A DNA stretch of 64,000 nt from NCBI GenBank assembly GCA_028023455.1, contig JAQFVV010000005.1, forward strand, positions 11,284,001 through 11,348,000, given 5' to 3'. Of this stretch, positions 26,274 through 38,001 are shown piece by piece (the stretch's first letter is position 1; every line of letters begins with the position of its first letter). This stretch comes from Epiperipatus broadwayi. Taxonomy: Eukaryota > Animalia > Onychophora. The notes beneath the pieces were generated by a model. That model was not told the origin of the DNA. It was given only the letters and a program-made list of their open reading frames with translations, and made no database searches. Made by a program: the position numbers and the translations under genes.

Positions 26274-27089
26274 TTATGAATCATGTATTTTTTTTTCAGC
26301 AAGATCTCGAATCCTCTTTAATAGCATTATCTCTTGGGAGCTGCATTCAGACTGTTGTTCACACCACGCCATTGTAGTTTCTAATGCAGTGAATGCCTCT
26401 GCATGAGTGGGTCCATTCATAACTTCCCTCTTTACTTTCTGAGTAGTCTGCATCTTAACAGTAACATGCTGATTGTCAGCAGTGAAGCCAGTAGAAAAAG
26501 ATGTATTCTGCAATGATTTTAAAGAGAATGAATTCCAGCTAAGCTCAGTTTCATCATCTTTGTAAATATCTTCCTTGGAAAAACTTTCATCCTCCAGTAC
26601 TTTCAGAAAAGACTTTTTAAAAGCTTCAGCTGCTAATAGATCATTTGTTAAAGCTTCTCCTTGAAGTTCAAACTTCCTTATGCCATGGCGAGATTTAAAA
26701 TTTTTCAGCCATCCTGTGCTGGCTTTAAATTCAGATGGGCCTTCAAGCTTTTGATTCAACTGTAATGCTTTTTTGCATAGCAGAGGTCCAGAAATGGGTT
26801 CTCCTTGACTTCTCTTTTGCAGAAACCATAAATAAACAGCATCTTCTAGTTTCTCATCACTAGCTTTTTTCATAGTTTTCCTTCTTTTAGAACCATCTTC
26901 ACTGTCTAATTGTGAAGCAAATTTCATAATTTCATTTTTTCTGCTCTTTATATCAGATATAGTTGCTTTTCCAATATTAAAAATCTTAGCAAGAGATGCA
27001 CCAGTTTCACCCTTCTCCAGTCTATTAATAATTGTCATCTTGTCTTTGATTGACAAAACATTGCGGCTTCTTTTGCCTGCAGATATCAT
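26274..27089 (-). CDS. Jerky/Tigger(pogo)-derived protein, 271 aa: CENP-B-type N-terminal HTH plus HTH_Tnp_Tc5, DDE domain deleted
   Basis: KRSRNVLSIKDKMTIINRLEKGE..GKATISDIK; LEDAVYLWFLQKRSQGEPISGPLLCKKA..FKASTGWLKNFKSRHGI; degenerate DETELSW; then a direct jump to C-terminal PTHAEAFTALE..LLKRIRDLAEKK. No stops, no TIRs seen. Confidence 0.8.
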   Translation of the reverse strand: MISAGKRSRNVLSIKDKMTIINRLEKGETGASLAKIFNIGKATISDIKSRKNEIMKFASQLDSEDGSKRRKTMKKASDEKLEDAVYLWFLQKRSQGEPISGPLLCKKALQLNQKLEGPSEFKASTGWLKNFKSRHGIRKFELQGEALTNDLLAAEAFKKSFLKVLEDESFSKEDIYKDDETELSWNSFSLKSLQNTSFSTGFTADNQHVTVKMQTTQKVKREVMNGPTHAEAFTALETTMAWCEQQSECSSQEIMLLKRIRDLAEKKIHDS

Positions 27090-27749
27090 TACTATACACA
27101 GATATGCTGCAGTTGTTATAATTTAAATCCTGTAATGATGAATTATATATTCGAATTTGATATAAATGCATCAAGTGGCAGAAGAAATACTCCAGCATAA
27201 CAATCACTACAATAAAAGTAGTTTGAGGAAGAAGACAAGACACAAGTAATTAAGACAATAGTTCTGGTTATTTCTGTTCAAATAATCGGCATTTCATGGC
27301 AATACACTCATAATGGACACATGGCTCACTATAATGATATCTTAAAACAAGAGTTGATTTTTTTTGATATGCTAAAATACAAAACCTATAAAAGAAAAAT
27401 AAGAATATTAACATAATTAATAAATAGACAAAATTGATTAATTAATTAATGAAAATTTTTTACATATTTTTTTGAAATTGCCTAAAAACTATTTTTACTG
27501 TGCTTACAATATTATTATAAATTATATTCCACTTTTTTCTCCAGCAATACCATTTATTAAATTGTTATAGTGGTGCAGTTAAGATCCAATATAAAATTAT
27601 TTTTGTTTATCATGATATAATACCTCCAGTCATCATTGTAGAAGTGATTCCAATGATATTTAAGTTATAACAATTCCAAATGCCAGTGTCATTTTCAAAG
27701 CAAATATTTTGATATTAAATAAATGTATTACTATTATTTATAAATATCA

Positions 27750-29300
27750 TCCAATTTCTTTTTAAATATGAAATTATTCATGTTTTTCTAATGTTTTGAT
27801 TGATTTTTACAGAACTAAATGTGACTTTGTAATATCATGATTTAAAAATACACTTATTTATTTAATTATAATTTTAATTTCAATTTAGCTGTTGTATAAT
27901 TAGGAAATAAAATTACACCATCGAAGTTTGAGCATCTCATTTTGTTCAGCTTATCTAAACAGCTGTTTATGTTTGTGCAGATCCAGATTTAGTAATAATA
28001 GCCTTTGTCAATTTTACAAATGATTTAAGAGATTAGCAAATATCTTGGAGCTAACTGCTAAGTATATTTATAATTAGCTTCTCAAATAACCAAATCTGTG
28101 AATATTCAACAACACAATTGCTTGCAGTGTAAATATTAACTGATTGTATTCCTTTTTTTAAGGGTCCAATCTTACTGCATTTACATTTTGTCTTCTAATT
28201 CAATTTCCAAAGCTTCATCAAAAATTTTATTTTTAACATGGAATTTTTTCAATGCTGTACAATTTTAGCAATTTGACTTAAAGCCACTAGGGCTAATAAA
28301 AAAATATAATAAATACCTTGAAGATATCCATATATCTTATTATCATTTGATCATTTTCTTTTGATATTCACTAAAAAAGCATATTTTTAGAAATATGGCT
28401 ATCATTTTTTCTTCTTATAAGTTTCCTCCCTCTTAGTTTTCTTCTTCAGAATAATACCATGAAAGATAAGAGCATGGCATACAACACTAATTCTGAATTG
28501 CTTACTTTAGCAGGTCACTTAGCATTTATAATTTTTTAAAAACAACACGGAAAAAGATTGCCTTGCATATGTCCAGATCTATAATATTTACTATCAAATT
28601 CAAAGGTTATCCGATACTGCTTTTGATAAAATACTAACTATAATAATTACTTTAGAAAGTGGTCATTTACTTTATTAAAAGAGGAATTGAGCAAAAGATT
28701 CCTAAGTTCAAAATTCAAAACTGCAATGAGTAATGCTTGAATATTATATTGAAGTCATTAATTATCCACTTATCATTATTAAAAGATAGCATGCCTGTGA
28801 TTGTGGAAAATAGATTACTTGAAACTAAACTATTATACTGGTGTTGATTTAATATGAAAATGACAAAAATAGTTGTCTCTTAATCAAAACATCATAGTTT
28901 CCCTATAATAAAAAAAGATCACATATACTAGCTATATTATAAGTAGAGTTGTCTTACTGGAAAATACAAATGTAGCATCAGCAATAAAGAGGAGTAGATG
29001 AATTAGGATATGATGTTTGATTTTGGTTGTAAGTTGTAAAGAGCTAATCATTAAATCTAAAATTTTTAAATTCTTAATGCAAAAAAAAAGATTCCACATT
29101 AAATGGCAGCATTGAAACAGCCTTCTTTCCTTGCATACCAATGAAATGAATGTTAGCTTATTCACATTTTTTATTACCATTACATCAGTCTAGAGATTAA
29201 AATGGGCATTCAATATTTTTTAGCACTTCAACTATTTTCAGCTAATGTTTAGCACCAAAAGACTTTTCTGGAAATCAAATGAGAAGAATTTTCTGTTTGT
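27750..29300 (-). mobile_element. Decayed LINE ORF2 (RT region) relic, copy 1
   Basis: LLFIADATFVFSS in ORF 28932-29180 and a downstream xYxGxTFD-like motif. Collinear homology with 31230-32100. Confidence 0.55.
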
Positions 29301-29444
29301 GACATAAGATTTGAAATAACAGGCACTCTTAAACTTGGAGCCTAATTGTAAATATACGAAATTTGAACTCAGGCTTTCAAGCCACTTCACTATCCACACT
29401 ATCTCATACTACTGATACACATAACCACACACATGCAGAAAAGA

Positions 29445-29502
29445 TAAATAATCACCAATATTTTCGTGCTAAACCAGCACTCACCAGTTGGTCCAAATTA
29501 CC
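29445..29502 (-). ncRNA. HHR motif A3 (defective)
   Basis: ACCAA CUGGUGA GUGCU GGUUU AGCAC GAAA AUAUUGGUG. Perfect 5-bp stem II, but A6 is changed to G and stem III is deleted. Confidence 0.6.
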
Positions 29503-29903
29503 ACCTCCCATACATATATATATAATCAGTGCTCAGTTTATATTAAGATGGCAAATCCTTACACTTTAATGGACAGGCTTCAACCTACTCCAACCTCCAA
29601 CTCTTAAGCCATCCATACCATTGATGATAGATTTCCCAAATCCCATGCTGATGCCAATATTGTTGTCATACCCATGGTGACCTCAAGTCACTCTGACCCC
29701 TCACATATAGGACAGTATCTATTTAAATACATAGAGGGATGGGCAAAATCCAGGCTTAACATGTAATATTTGAAATACCAGGCACTCTTAACTCTGAAGT
29801 CTAATTGTAAAGATAGGGGATTTGAACTCAGACTTTCAAGCCACTTCACTATCTGCACTATCTCATACTACTGATACCCATGACCATACACATGCAGAAA
29901 AGA

Positions 29904-29964
29904 TAAATAATCACCAATACACGTATTTCGTGCTAAATCACACTCATCAGTTGGTCCAGATTAC
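29904..29964 (-). ncRNA. Minimal type I HHR motif A4 (most canonical copy)
   Basis: GGUAAUC UGG ACCAA CUGAUGA GUGU GAUUUA GCAC GAAA UACGUG UA|UUGGU GAUUAUU. G10.1-C11.1 pair, GUA cleavage triplet, predicted cut between 29918 and 29917. Confidence 0.8.
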
Positions 29965-30799
29965 CATCTCCCATACATATATATATAATCAGTGCTCAGT
30001 TTATATTATGATAGCAAATCCTTATACTTTAATGGACAGAACTTCAATCTCCAATTCTTCAGCCATCCATACCATTGAAAATCTGATGATAGAATTTCCA
30101 AATCCAATACTGATGCCAATATTGTTGTCATACACATGTTGCCCTCAAGTCACACTGACCCCTCACGTATAGGACAGTATCCATTTAAATACAAAATACA
30201 TATATTGGTGATTATTTATCTTTTCTGTATGTGTTTGGTCATGTGTATCAGTAGTATGAGATAGTGTGGATAGTGAAGTGGCTTGAAAGTCTGTGTTCTG
30301 TGATATGTTCATGAATATGTATAGGAATACTATTTGTATTAAAATTCCTTCCATTTAATATGGTGTAAATCTAAACAGTTATTTATAGAAATATCAATCT
30401 ATTTCTCATGGAAAAAGTATCAAGTTCTCTATAAGTACTAATAAAAAATGTCATTTTTTTTCATTCAAAAATGGCTTGAAAAAATTCAGCAGGCCACAAA
30501 AAATGATAACTTCATTCTCATATACTTCAAATTAATATTTAATATTAGAATTGGAGCATTGTCATTTTGGATAGTAATAGTATTCTCTGGAAATAAAGTT
30601 CATATCATGGGATAAACATGATACCACAAAACAGTTAAATAACTCACATATATACCACAGAAAGGATATAGATGATCGTATGAAATAAATCTTATAAGTA
30701 ATGGAGAAAAAGCTGATGATTCATCTAACTACATGATATGCTTCCAATTATCTATCACTGGTTCTTATGCTTATAACATCGCTGTTTTTGTATCAAAGC

Positions 30800-32100
30800 A
30801 ATCACATTAGAAAACTGGCTTTGAAATGGCAGCTCAGATATCTTTTAGCAATAAAGTTCATTATTTATTGATTGTTTTTGTAAAAACTGGAGTATCTGAT
30901 CTTTTCAAAAATTACATCTCTTTGTTTACAATCTTTCATAATTTCCATCAATTTCTTTACATAAATGCAGATTGCTATCAGCAGTTAATTCTAGCAAATT
31001 TTATTCTCTCAATTTTATTAAATGCAATCTTTGAAAACTATTGTTTCTGAAACAGTGAACAATTCAATAACTTTGGACCCTAAGGCTACATCTGGTACAA
31101 ACAAGTAGGACAGTAGCACAAACAAGTAGGACAATTTTTAAACCAGTAACCTTTTATCAAAAAATATATTTCTTTATTTGGTTTAGCTTTTAATCATTTG
31201 ACTTTAGTCAATTTGTCAGAAAGATATCTTTCTAGAAATATGGCTATCTTGCTCTTAGCATTCTTCTTCAGAATAATATCAAGTAAAATAAGATTTCTGA
31301 ATTTCATATTTTAAGCCGTCACTTTATAATTATTCAAAGGCAATATTAAAAAAAAGCTGTTAAACCTTTCTCTTGTCTTCCATATTGTCAAGATCCATAT
31401 AAAAAATGCTAAAAAGTAAAATAACATCACAATCTTCATTAACAAATTCAAGTTGATCCATATTTCTCTTGATAGCTTACCAACTGTAGTGATTATTTTA
31501 AAAAGTATTCATTTACTTCATTAAGAGAAGTTACTAGTGGTTTAGAGTAGTAACAGAGTGGAGCCAAGAGCTAAAAGTTCCTAAATTAAAAGTCAATCTG
31601 ACATTTCTAATGCTTGAATATTATATGATTTCCAAAGCCACTAATCACCCAAATTTCATCATTAAAAGGCAGTATAATTGTGATTGTAGAAATAGGCATA
31701 ATAGTGACTTAAACTTGAATTCATAAAAGATGAAACAGAAAAGATAGTTTCTTCATAAAACATCAAGGTTTTTCTGTTATGAGAAAGTTATATACTCTAC
31801 CAAGTTACAAGCAGTGTCAGTTCACTGGAAAATGCAAAAATGACATCAGCAGTAAATATTAAATGTCCAATTAGGATAATTTTGATTTTGGCTCTAAGTT
31901 ATAAAGATCTAACCATCATATTTAGTGTGAATAAAAACATCATCATTGATGCTTTTAAATACTTAGAACAAAGAAAATTCCAAAAGAAATAGCAGCATAG
32001 AAGCAGATTTGGTTAATTATTTGCAATTCAGTGAATGATAATCAATTCATATTTTTATCAATATTATCAGTCTGGAGAAAAAAAATGGCATTCAGTACTC
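30800..32100 (-). mobile_element. Decayed LINE ORF2 (RT region) relic, copy 2
   Basis: FNIYTADV at about 31840-31870. Shares blocks with 28380-29250 (AGAAATATGGCTATC, TTCTTCTTCAGAATAAT, ACTGGAAAAT..CATCAGCA). Confidence 0.55.
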
Positions 32101-32399
32101 TCTGGTCCTTCATCTAATTCCTATTAATGATGAATATGCAAAGATTTTGTCGAGATAAAATGATAAAAGTTCTAATCCAATTTTATGACCATGGATGCCT
32201 TTATTAATTCTGTTATAGGGCCATTATTTGCATCAAGATAGTTTGCATTCTATAGGGGATGAATCTAACGACTACTTATATAAATGTTAATCCATTTCTC
32301 ATTGAGATTTTTGATAACTTTATTCTCATATATTTCAAATCAATATTAGATTGGATGAAATATTGGAATTGCAGCAATGTCATCATGGAGGATAATAAG

Positions 32400-32545
32400 A
32401 GTCTGGAAAAAAAGTTTGGAATATTTAAATAAAGTTAAATTTTTCTAAAGATTTTCGATACTCATATTAGATGATGAAAATAGTCCAGTATATAAATACA
32501 GTTAAAACATCATCATCACAAATCTTCAGAAAAACAATATCATTA
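32400..32545 (+). repeat. Fragment of the body of the SINE-like element at 22.2-22.7 kb
   Basis: AAATAAAGTTAAATTTTTCTAAAGA..ATACTCATAT..GAAAATAGTCC matches about 22615-22690. Confidence 0.7.
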
Positions 32546-33299
32546 AAAGATCATTTTTTCTTCTTGAAGACTTTAATTCATGTGTTGATACAAATATTAT
32601 ATTTTGGCCATTTTTAGTTGTTGGAAATAACAGTATTGGTATTGCCAAATCAAAGTATCTGTGTTTATTGAATTTTTGTTCAATACATGGACTGATTATC
32701 AGAAATATACTATTTAAGCAGAAAATTCACTATGAAACAAAACATGATTGCATCTGAACTCAAAATAATGGCATTTAATAGTTAAGAATCAGAATAAAAA
32801 AAAAAAATTCACATTACATGAATGCTCACAAGTGCAAATTGTTGGATAGATAAGAAATTTGTAATCCAATATTAAAAGTTATTTTGCTAAAGAGATATTA
32901 TTAACATTCATATTTGTAAGGAAATTGATGTCCATCTATTATTCATGCTAAGTTTCAACAGCCATTATTAAATATGTTATTAAAGTATGGATTTCTCATG
33001 TCATGAATACAAGTAAATCTATTTTTGGCTTCACTGAAAAAGAAAATCATGACTGGTTTTTTGACAATGATTTTATTATTAGTTCTTCGTTAAAAGAAAA
33101 CACATGGCACTTTCTGCTTGGCAGAATAATAAATTGAATATACAGCTTCATAATAAATATAGATATTCAACAGCTGAAGTTTAATGACAACAAGAGGCTT
33201 AAAAACAATTGGTAAAATTGTAAAGAATATACAGACATTTGCTGATCATGGTTACTTTAGAAATATTTTTTTCAGCACATAGAAAGCAACAAAAAAGAT

Positions 33300-34480
33300 C
33301 ACAATCCTATTAAATCAATTAATAATGCTGTCTTACATAATAACAATGATATCTTGAATAGGTGGAAATAGAATTTTGATCCACTTTTGAAAAATAATAC
33401 AACATTTGAGGTGATGATTTTTAACAATTTATCAATTTTTATCTACACATTTAGATTTGGACAAAGTCATCCAGCATAATGAAATCAAAGCATATCTTTG
33501 TAATCTTAAAATGGGAAGACTGCAAAGTTCTGATGAGATATCTGGAGAAGTTTCAAAATATGGTGGTAATATGCTAGCTTTAAAAACATTGGAAGTTTTT
33601 AGAAATATATGAACTCACAAAGTTACGCTCCCTGACCTTAAGGATGTTCCAATTGTTAAAAATTAACAAAATAGACCCAATAGCAGTAATTATCATAAAA
33701 TGCCATTATTATTTACTACAGCAAAAATACTTTCAAGAATTTTGTTGGACAGCTTCCAGTAATAGATGAATGATTATGAAAGATTCAATAGAGTTTTGGA
33801 GAATCAAGAAGCATGAAAAATATAGTTTTTGTTGTCAGACAACTGCAAGAGAGGTAATAAAAATAAAAGATTTGATACATTGTACTACTGATTTGGTCAA
33901 AGCAGTTGACAACAATTTTACAGAGCTATGGCACTGTTAGAAATAAACTGAGTCTCCACCAAAGATTATTATATTATACAACTTACTGCTACAGGTGAAA
34001 TATCTGGAGACTTTGAAAAGAAAACTTGTGACAAACAAGAATACATATTTGCTCTAACATTGATTTTGATTCTTATATCTGTGATTTTTGAAACTGTTTA
34101 CAGAGTTTGATGAATCAGAGATCGAAGTACAATAGAGGTGTGACTGTGGAATTTTTAATAACTGGTTAAAAACAAAAACATCATTTTTTGATTTCAGGAT
34201 TTATAAAATGCTGGTGATCCTTGGCAGTTCAAAAGACACTTTAGTTTGTTTTAGTAACTAATATTCCAACAATTCTTTATTGGACAGAAATGGAAGAAAA
34301 ATCACAAACCAATTTAAATATCTTAGTTGTTTTGTAAGTGGAAAGGTGAACTTTGATACTGAGATGCAGCATAGACTATAATGTATTGTTGCTGCTTTTA
34401 ATAAGCTAAAAGATAGATATTTCTTCAATTAAATTATCTATATATAGAGCTGTTATATTAATTTATTATATGAAAGTAAG
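33300..34480 (+). mobile_element. Decayed RTE-clade LINE reverse transcriptase relic
   Basis: EIKAYLCNLKMGRLQSSDEISGEVSKYGG, PDLKDVPIV, AKILSRILLD, IVFVVRQLQE and DLVKAVD, in RTE RT order. Confidence 0.75.
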
Positions 34481-34486
34481 ATTTGG

Positions 34487-34837
34487 ATACCCTATTTATC
34501 AAATTTAAGCGTAAACAGATATTATAATAACGTGAAAGCTAAACACCTTCAAACAGATATGCTTTAAACATGCTTACATGACAGCCGATCAGATGGAATA
34601 ATGACATCACATGGGAAATTCTAAAACACAAGCCAGAACTTTTTCTAATAATTCTGGCTTGTGTGTTAGAATTTAGAGTCCCATGTGATGTCATTATTCC
34701 ATCTGATTGGCTGTCACGTAAGCATGAAGTTCTGGCTTGTGTTTTAGAATTTACAGTCCCATGTGATGTCATTATTCCATCTGATTGGCTGTCACGTAAG
34801 CATGTTTAAAGCGTATCTGTTTGAATACCCTATTTAT
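34487..34837. mobile_element. Family D foldback insert with internal tandem duplication, 13-bp TSD
   Basis: ATACCCTATTTAT at 34487-34499 and 34825-34837. Arm about 34548-34648 is followed by one partial and one full reverse-complement copy. No HHR core found. Confidence 0.8.
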
Positions 34838-35742
34838 ATAACATAAAATCATTAAAAAATATAATTTAAGGATGTTCCATAAAATTTTACAAATATAAAG
34901 GCATGATCAAAAGACAATCAATATGTTCTTAATTTTGCTGGATGTGATATTATAAAGTGCACCATGTCATTGTTGAACTGGGCACATGAAGCAAATAAAC
35001 AATGCAAGACTTCTTAAATAAGTGTTCTATAATGAACTTGAGCATGGATTTCAGGAGACAGGCAATCTTATTTTGATAGAGATTATCTCAAAGATATTCT
35101 AAAGAAATGTAATGTTGATTGTTTACATAGAGAAAATATGGCAGAGGATAGATTTCATGAAGAGCTTCAATTAGATGCAGTGCTGAAGTATTTAAAATAA
35201 AAATAAAAATGATGCAGAAGAAAATAAACACTGCAAAATATCAAATAAACATAATAATGGACAAATCCATTCTACATAAGGTCATACTTATAGTTCTAGA
35301 TTGGTTTGCATAGTCATCACAGTTATTATCTATCTTGCTTATGTTTTTTTTTAAATCTTACAATTAGAATGGCCATAGTTATATGCAAATAGTTGTTTGT
35401 GGCTGAATTAATGTTGTAGAAATCCCTATATCAATTTTTCTTCTCCCTAAATATTTCTCCAAGATCAGCTCCATATTCTTCACATTATGTCCAAAAGAAT
35501 GTCACATCTATTCAACAAAGAGAACTATTATGTTAATCATACTATGGTTTCCACTATTCATATTCACAACCTTTCTATTCAAATCTGATTTCTTTAAAAA
35601 TAATAATAATGGTGATAATGGGCAAACTTATTTAACACTGCTTATCTTTTAATTTTCACGCGATTTTATATTTCTTCGCTAAAATTTATGACAAAATATT
35701 GCTATAAAGATCCTCAATCGTGTTTAGAATCAATATTTTATG

Positions 35743-36477
35743 CAGGGCTGAGTCAAGCATCAGTTATTTGGGCCTCGGACCAGGTCTGTGCTCATAGGTC
35801 CCGGCCATTAAAATTTCTAAAAAAAAATGCTAATAGAATTTTTGATGTTTCAGAAATGTATTGTTATGAAAAATATGATAAAAGGCACCGCAAATATGAG
35901 GGGTGTGTAAAAAGTCCGGGAAAATATAAATATAGACATGAATAATTTCAAAGATATAAACCAACTCAAATATCTAAGAAAGCAAGTCTCAACAAGCTTA
36001 CGTTCGCATCAATTTAATTATAAAATAGCACTCCGTTTATCAATAACTATTAATCCGGGAAATATATTAATTAGCTATCGTAGAAAAGCGGTGTAAAATA
36101 TGCGTACAAAAAGAATTGCACGCGGCTGACTACAAAGTAGAAAATAATTAGCAAATTAATTTTGGCGTATATAAAATAATTGGCATTATGAAAAGTTATA
36201 AGAAATGGGCTATAATTAAATATATAGCCATATTTTTTTATGTGATTCTTGGTTGAGAATATGCGATAATTATTTTGTATAAAAGCAATAAGAAACTGGT
36301 AATACTTAAGCTTTTTTTAAAAATCGTGATTCGTTATTAAATACATTATTACACGTATTTAAATTTTTTAAATTATGTTGAATAAAACTATGTGATTTTT
36401 TTCATAAAAAATATTATTTTGGAGGGCATCACTAATAACATTCGCCAGAGGCCCGGCAAAATCTACAGCCGGCCCTG
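35743..36477. mobile_element. Non-autonomous DNA transposon (hAT-like MITE), probably with nested sequence
   Basis: Ends CAGGGCTG.. and ..GCCGGCCCTG, with GC-rich subterminal GGCCC/CCGG motifs. No TSD confirmed. Confidence 0.45.
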
Positions 36478-37557
36478 ATTTACTTGACAGTCAACTTTAA
36501 CGTTCCTGACAACAAATTATTTGTAGAATTAAAAAAACATTTTTGGTTTGAAAATTTATAGTTATATGAATATATCATTGAAATCTTACATTTATTTTGT
36601 GTCAGTGTTTTTATTTAAACTTGAAAACATAACAATGCACCTTTAATTTAATACATTTTTAATATTCGAAACAACATTGACTTTCTAAATAATAAATAGA
36701 AATCTAATTTTTTAAATAGCGAAATATAGATCAGATATATGAAATAATGCAATAATCTTACCTAAAATTTCCGGAAAACTTTAAAATAAATAAATATATT
36801 ATGAGTTGAAATAAATAACAATAACAAATATATTGGTTTTATTTAATCTCGTCCGTAATGCGAAATTCGCGACTTCTATCGGAAAAACCTAATTTAAAAT
36901 TTTTCTGTTGGTTTTATTCGAATAATACTGCCATAATTTGTTTTAGGAAACAAGTTCTAAATTCAATTCTATTTTTTGCACAGCATATATATTTTTATTG
37001 TGTAATTTAAGATTATCATCTTTTAAATATATTTGATTATTAGTATTGTATATGTAGTTAATTTGTTTATTGTATGATAATTGCGGAGAATAAAAAATAA
37101 CGTTTAATCATCTATTTTTGAAATTATCATGCAATTTTTTTAAAAATTAGTACTATGTTATTAAATGAATTATAATAGCTCATTAAAACAATATAAGCAA
37201 AAAATAAAATAAACGGGGTCTGGATCAATGTTTTCGTGGGGGGAAGGGGAAGCTCAAGGGGAGTTACAATGACTAAATATATATATATTTTATTTGCAAA
37301 TTCCCTCCGTTAAATTTTTTAATTTGAATGAGAATTCGCTAAAAAAACCAAAGCAACCAAGAAAATAAAATATAATTTATTGCATTATATGTATTTTAAG
37401 CCAATAAACATCACATGATCACCACTTCTTATGCTTATGTATAACTGTTGTTAACACAGGCAAAACTCACTATACGTATTGCCACACACAGCAAGCTAGA
37501 ATAATCAATGGATGCCAGAAGGCTTGTGCATAAAATCCCCATCTAGTGCCTACTCAT

Positions 37558-37612
37558 CCAATATCCCCAGACTAGTTTCTGGCTTGTGGCCTTCGTCAGT
37601 GAGGAGCCTTGG
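37558..37612 (-). ncRNA. Minimal type I HHR motif B4
   Basis: CCAA GGC UCCUCA CUGACGA AGGC CACAA GCCA GAAA CUAGUC|UGGGGA UA UUGG. Stem I is 6 bp plus an internal loop plus 4 bp. GUC triplet. Confidence 0.82.
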
Positions 37613-37946
37613 ATCTGAGAGCACTGCACCTAGATCTTAGGATCTAATGCAACCCTCCAGCAGCCACCTTTTATCTCCACTTAACTACAAAACTATGAGT
37701 CTTAAACTGAAAACATCTTAATGTTTTCAATCCAAGCCCATTAGCTTATATAGTCATATGAAACTAAAATGTATGGGTACTGAACTGAGTTCAGACCCAT
37801 ATGGCTATATAAGCTAATGGGCTTGGATTGAAAACATTAAGGGGGTTTTCAGTTTAAGACTCATAGTTTTGTACTTAAGTGGAGATAAAAGATGGCTGCT
37901 GGAGGATTGCATTACATCCTATGATCTAGGTGCAGTGCTCTCAGAT

Positions 37947-38001
37947 CCAAGGCTCTTCACTGACGAAGGCCACAAGCCAGAAACTAGTCTGGGGATATTG
38001 G
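37947..38001 (+). ncRNA. Minimal type I HHR motif B5
   Basis: CCAA GGC UCUUCA CUGACGA AGGC CACAA GCCA GAAA CUAGUC|UGGGGA UA UUGG. Predicted cleavage after 37989. Confidence 0.82.

Larger units (their letters stand above)
29305..30300 (-). mobile_element. Family A-prime HHR-bearing tandem repeat: about 1.9 units of about 459 bp plus a short inverted fragment
   Basis: AAGATAAATAATCACC at 29441 and 29900. Diverged homolog of family A. Inverted fragment 30193-30297 is joined at an AAATACA microhomology. Confidence 0.85.
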
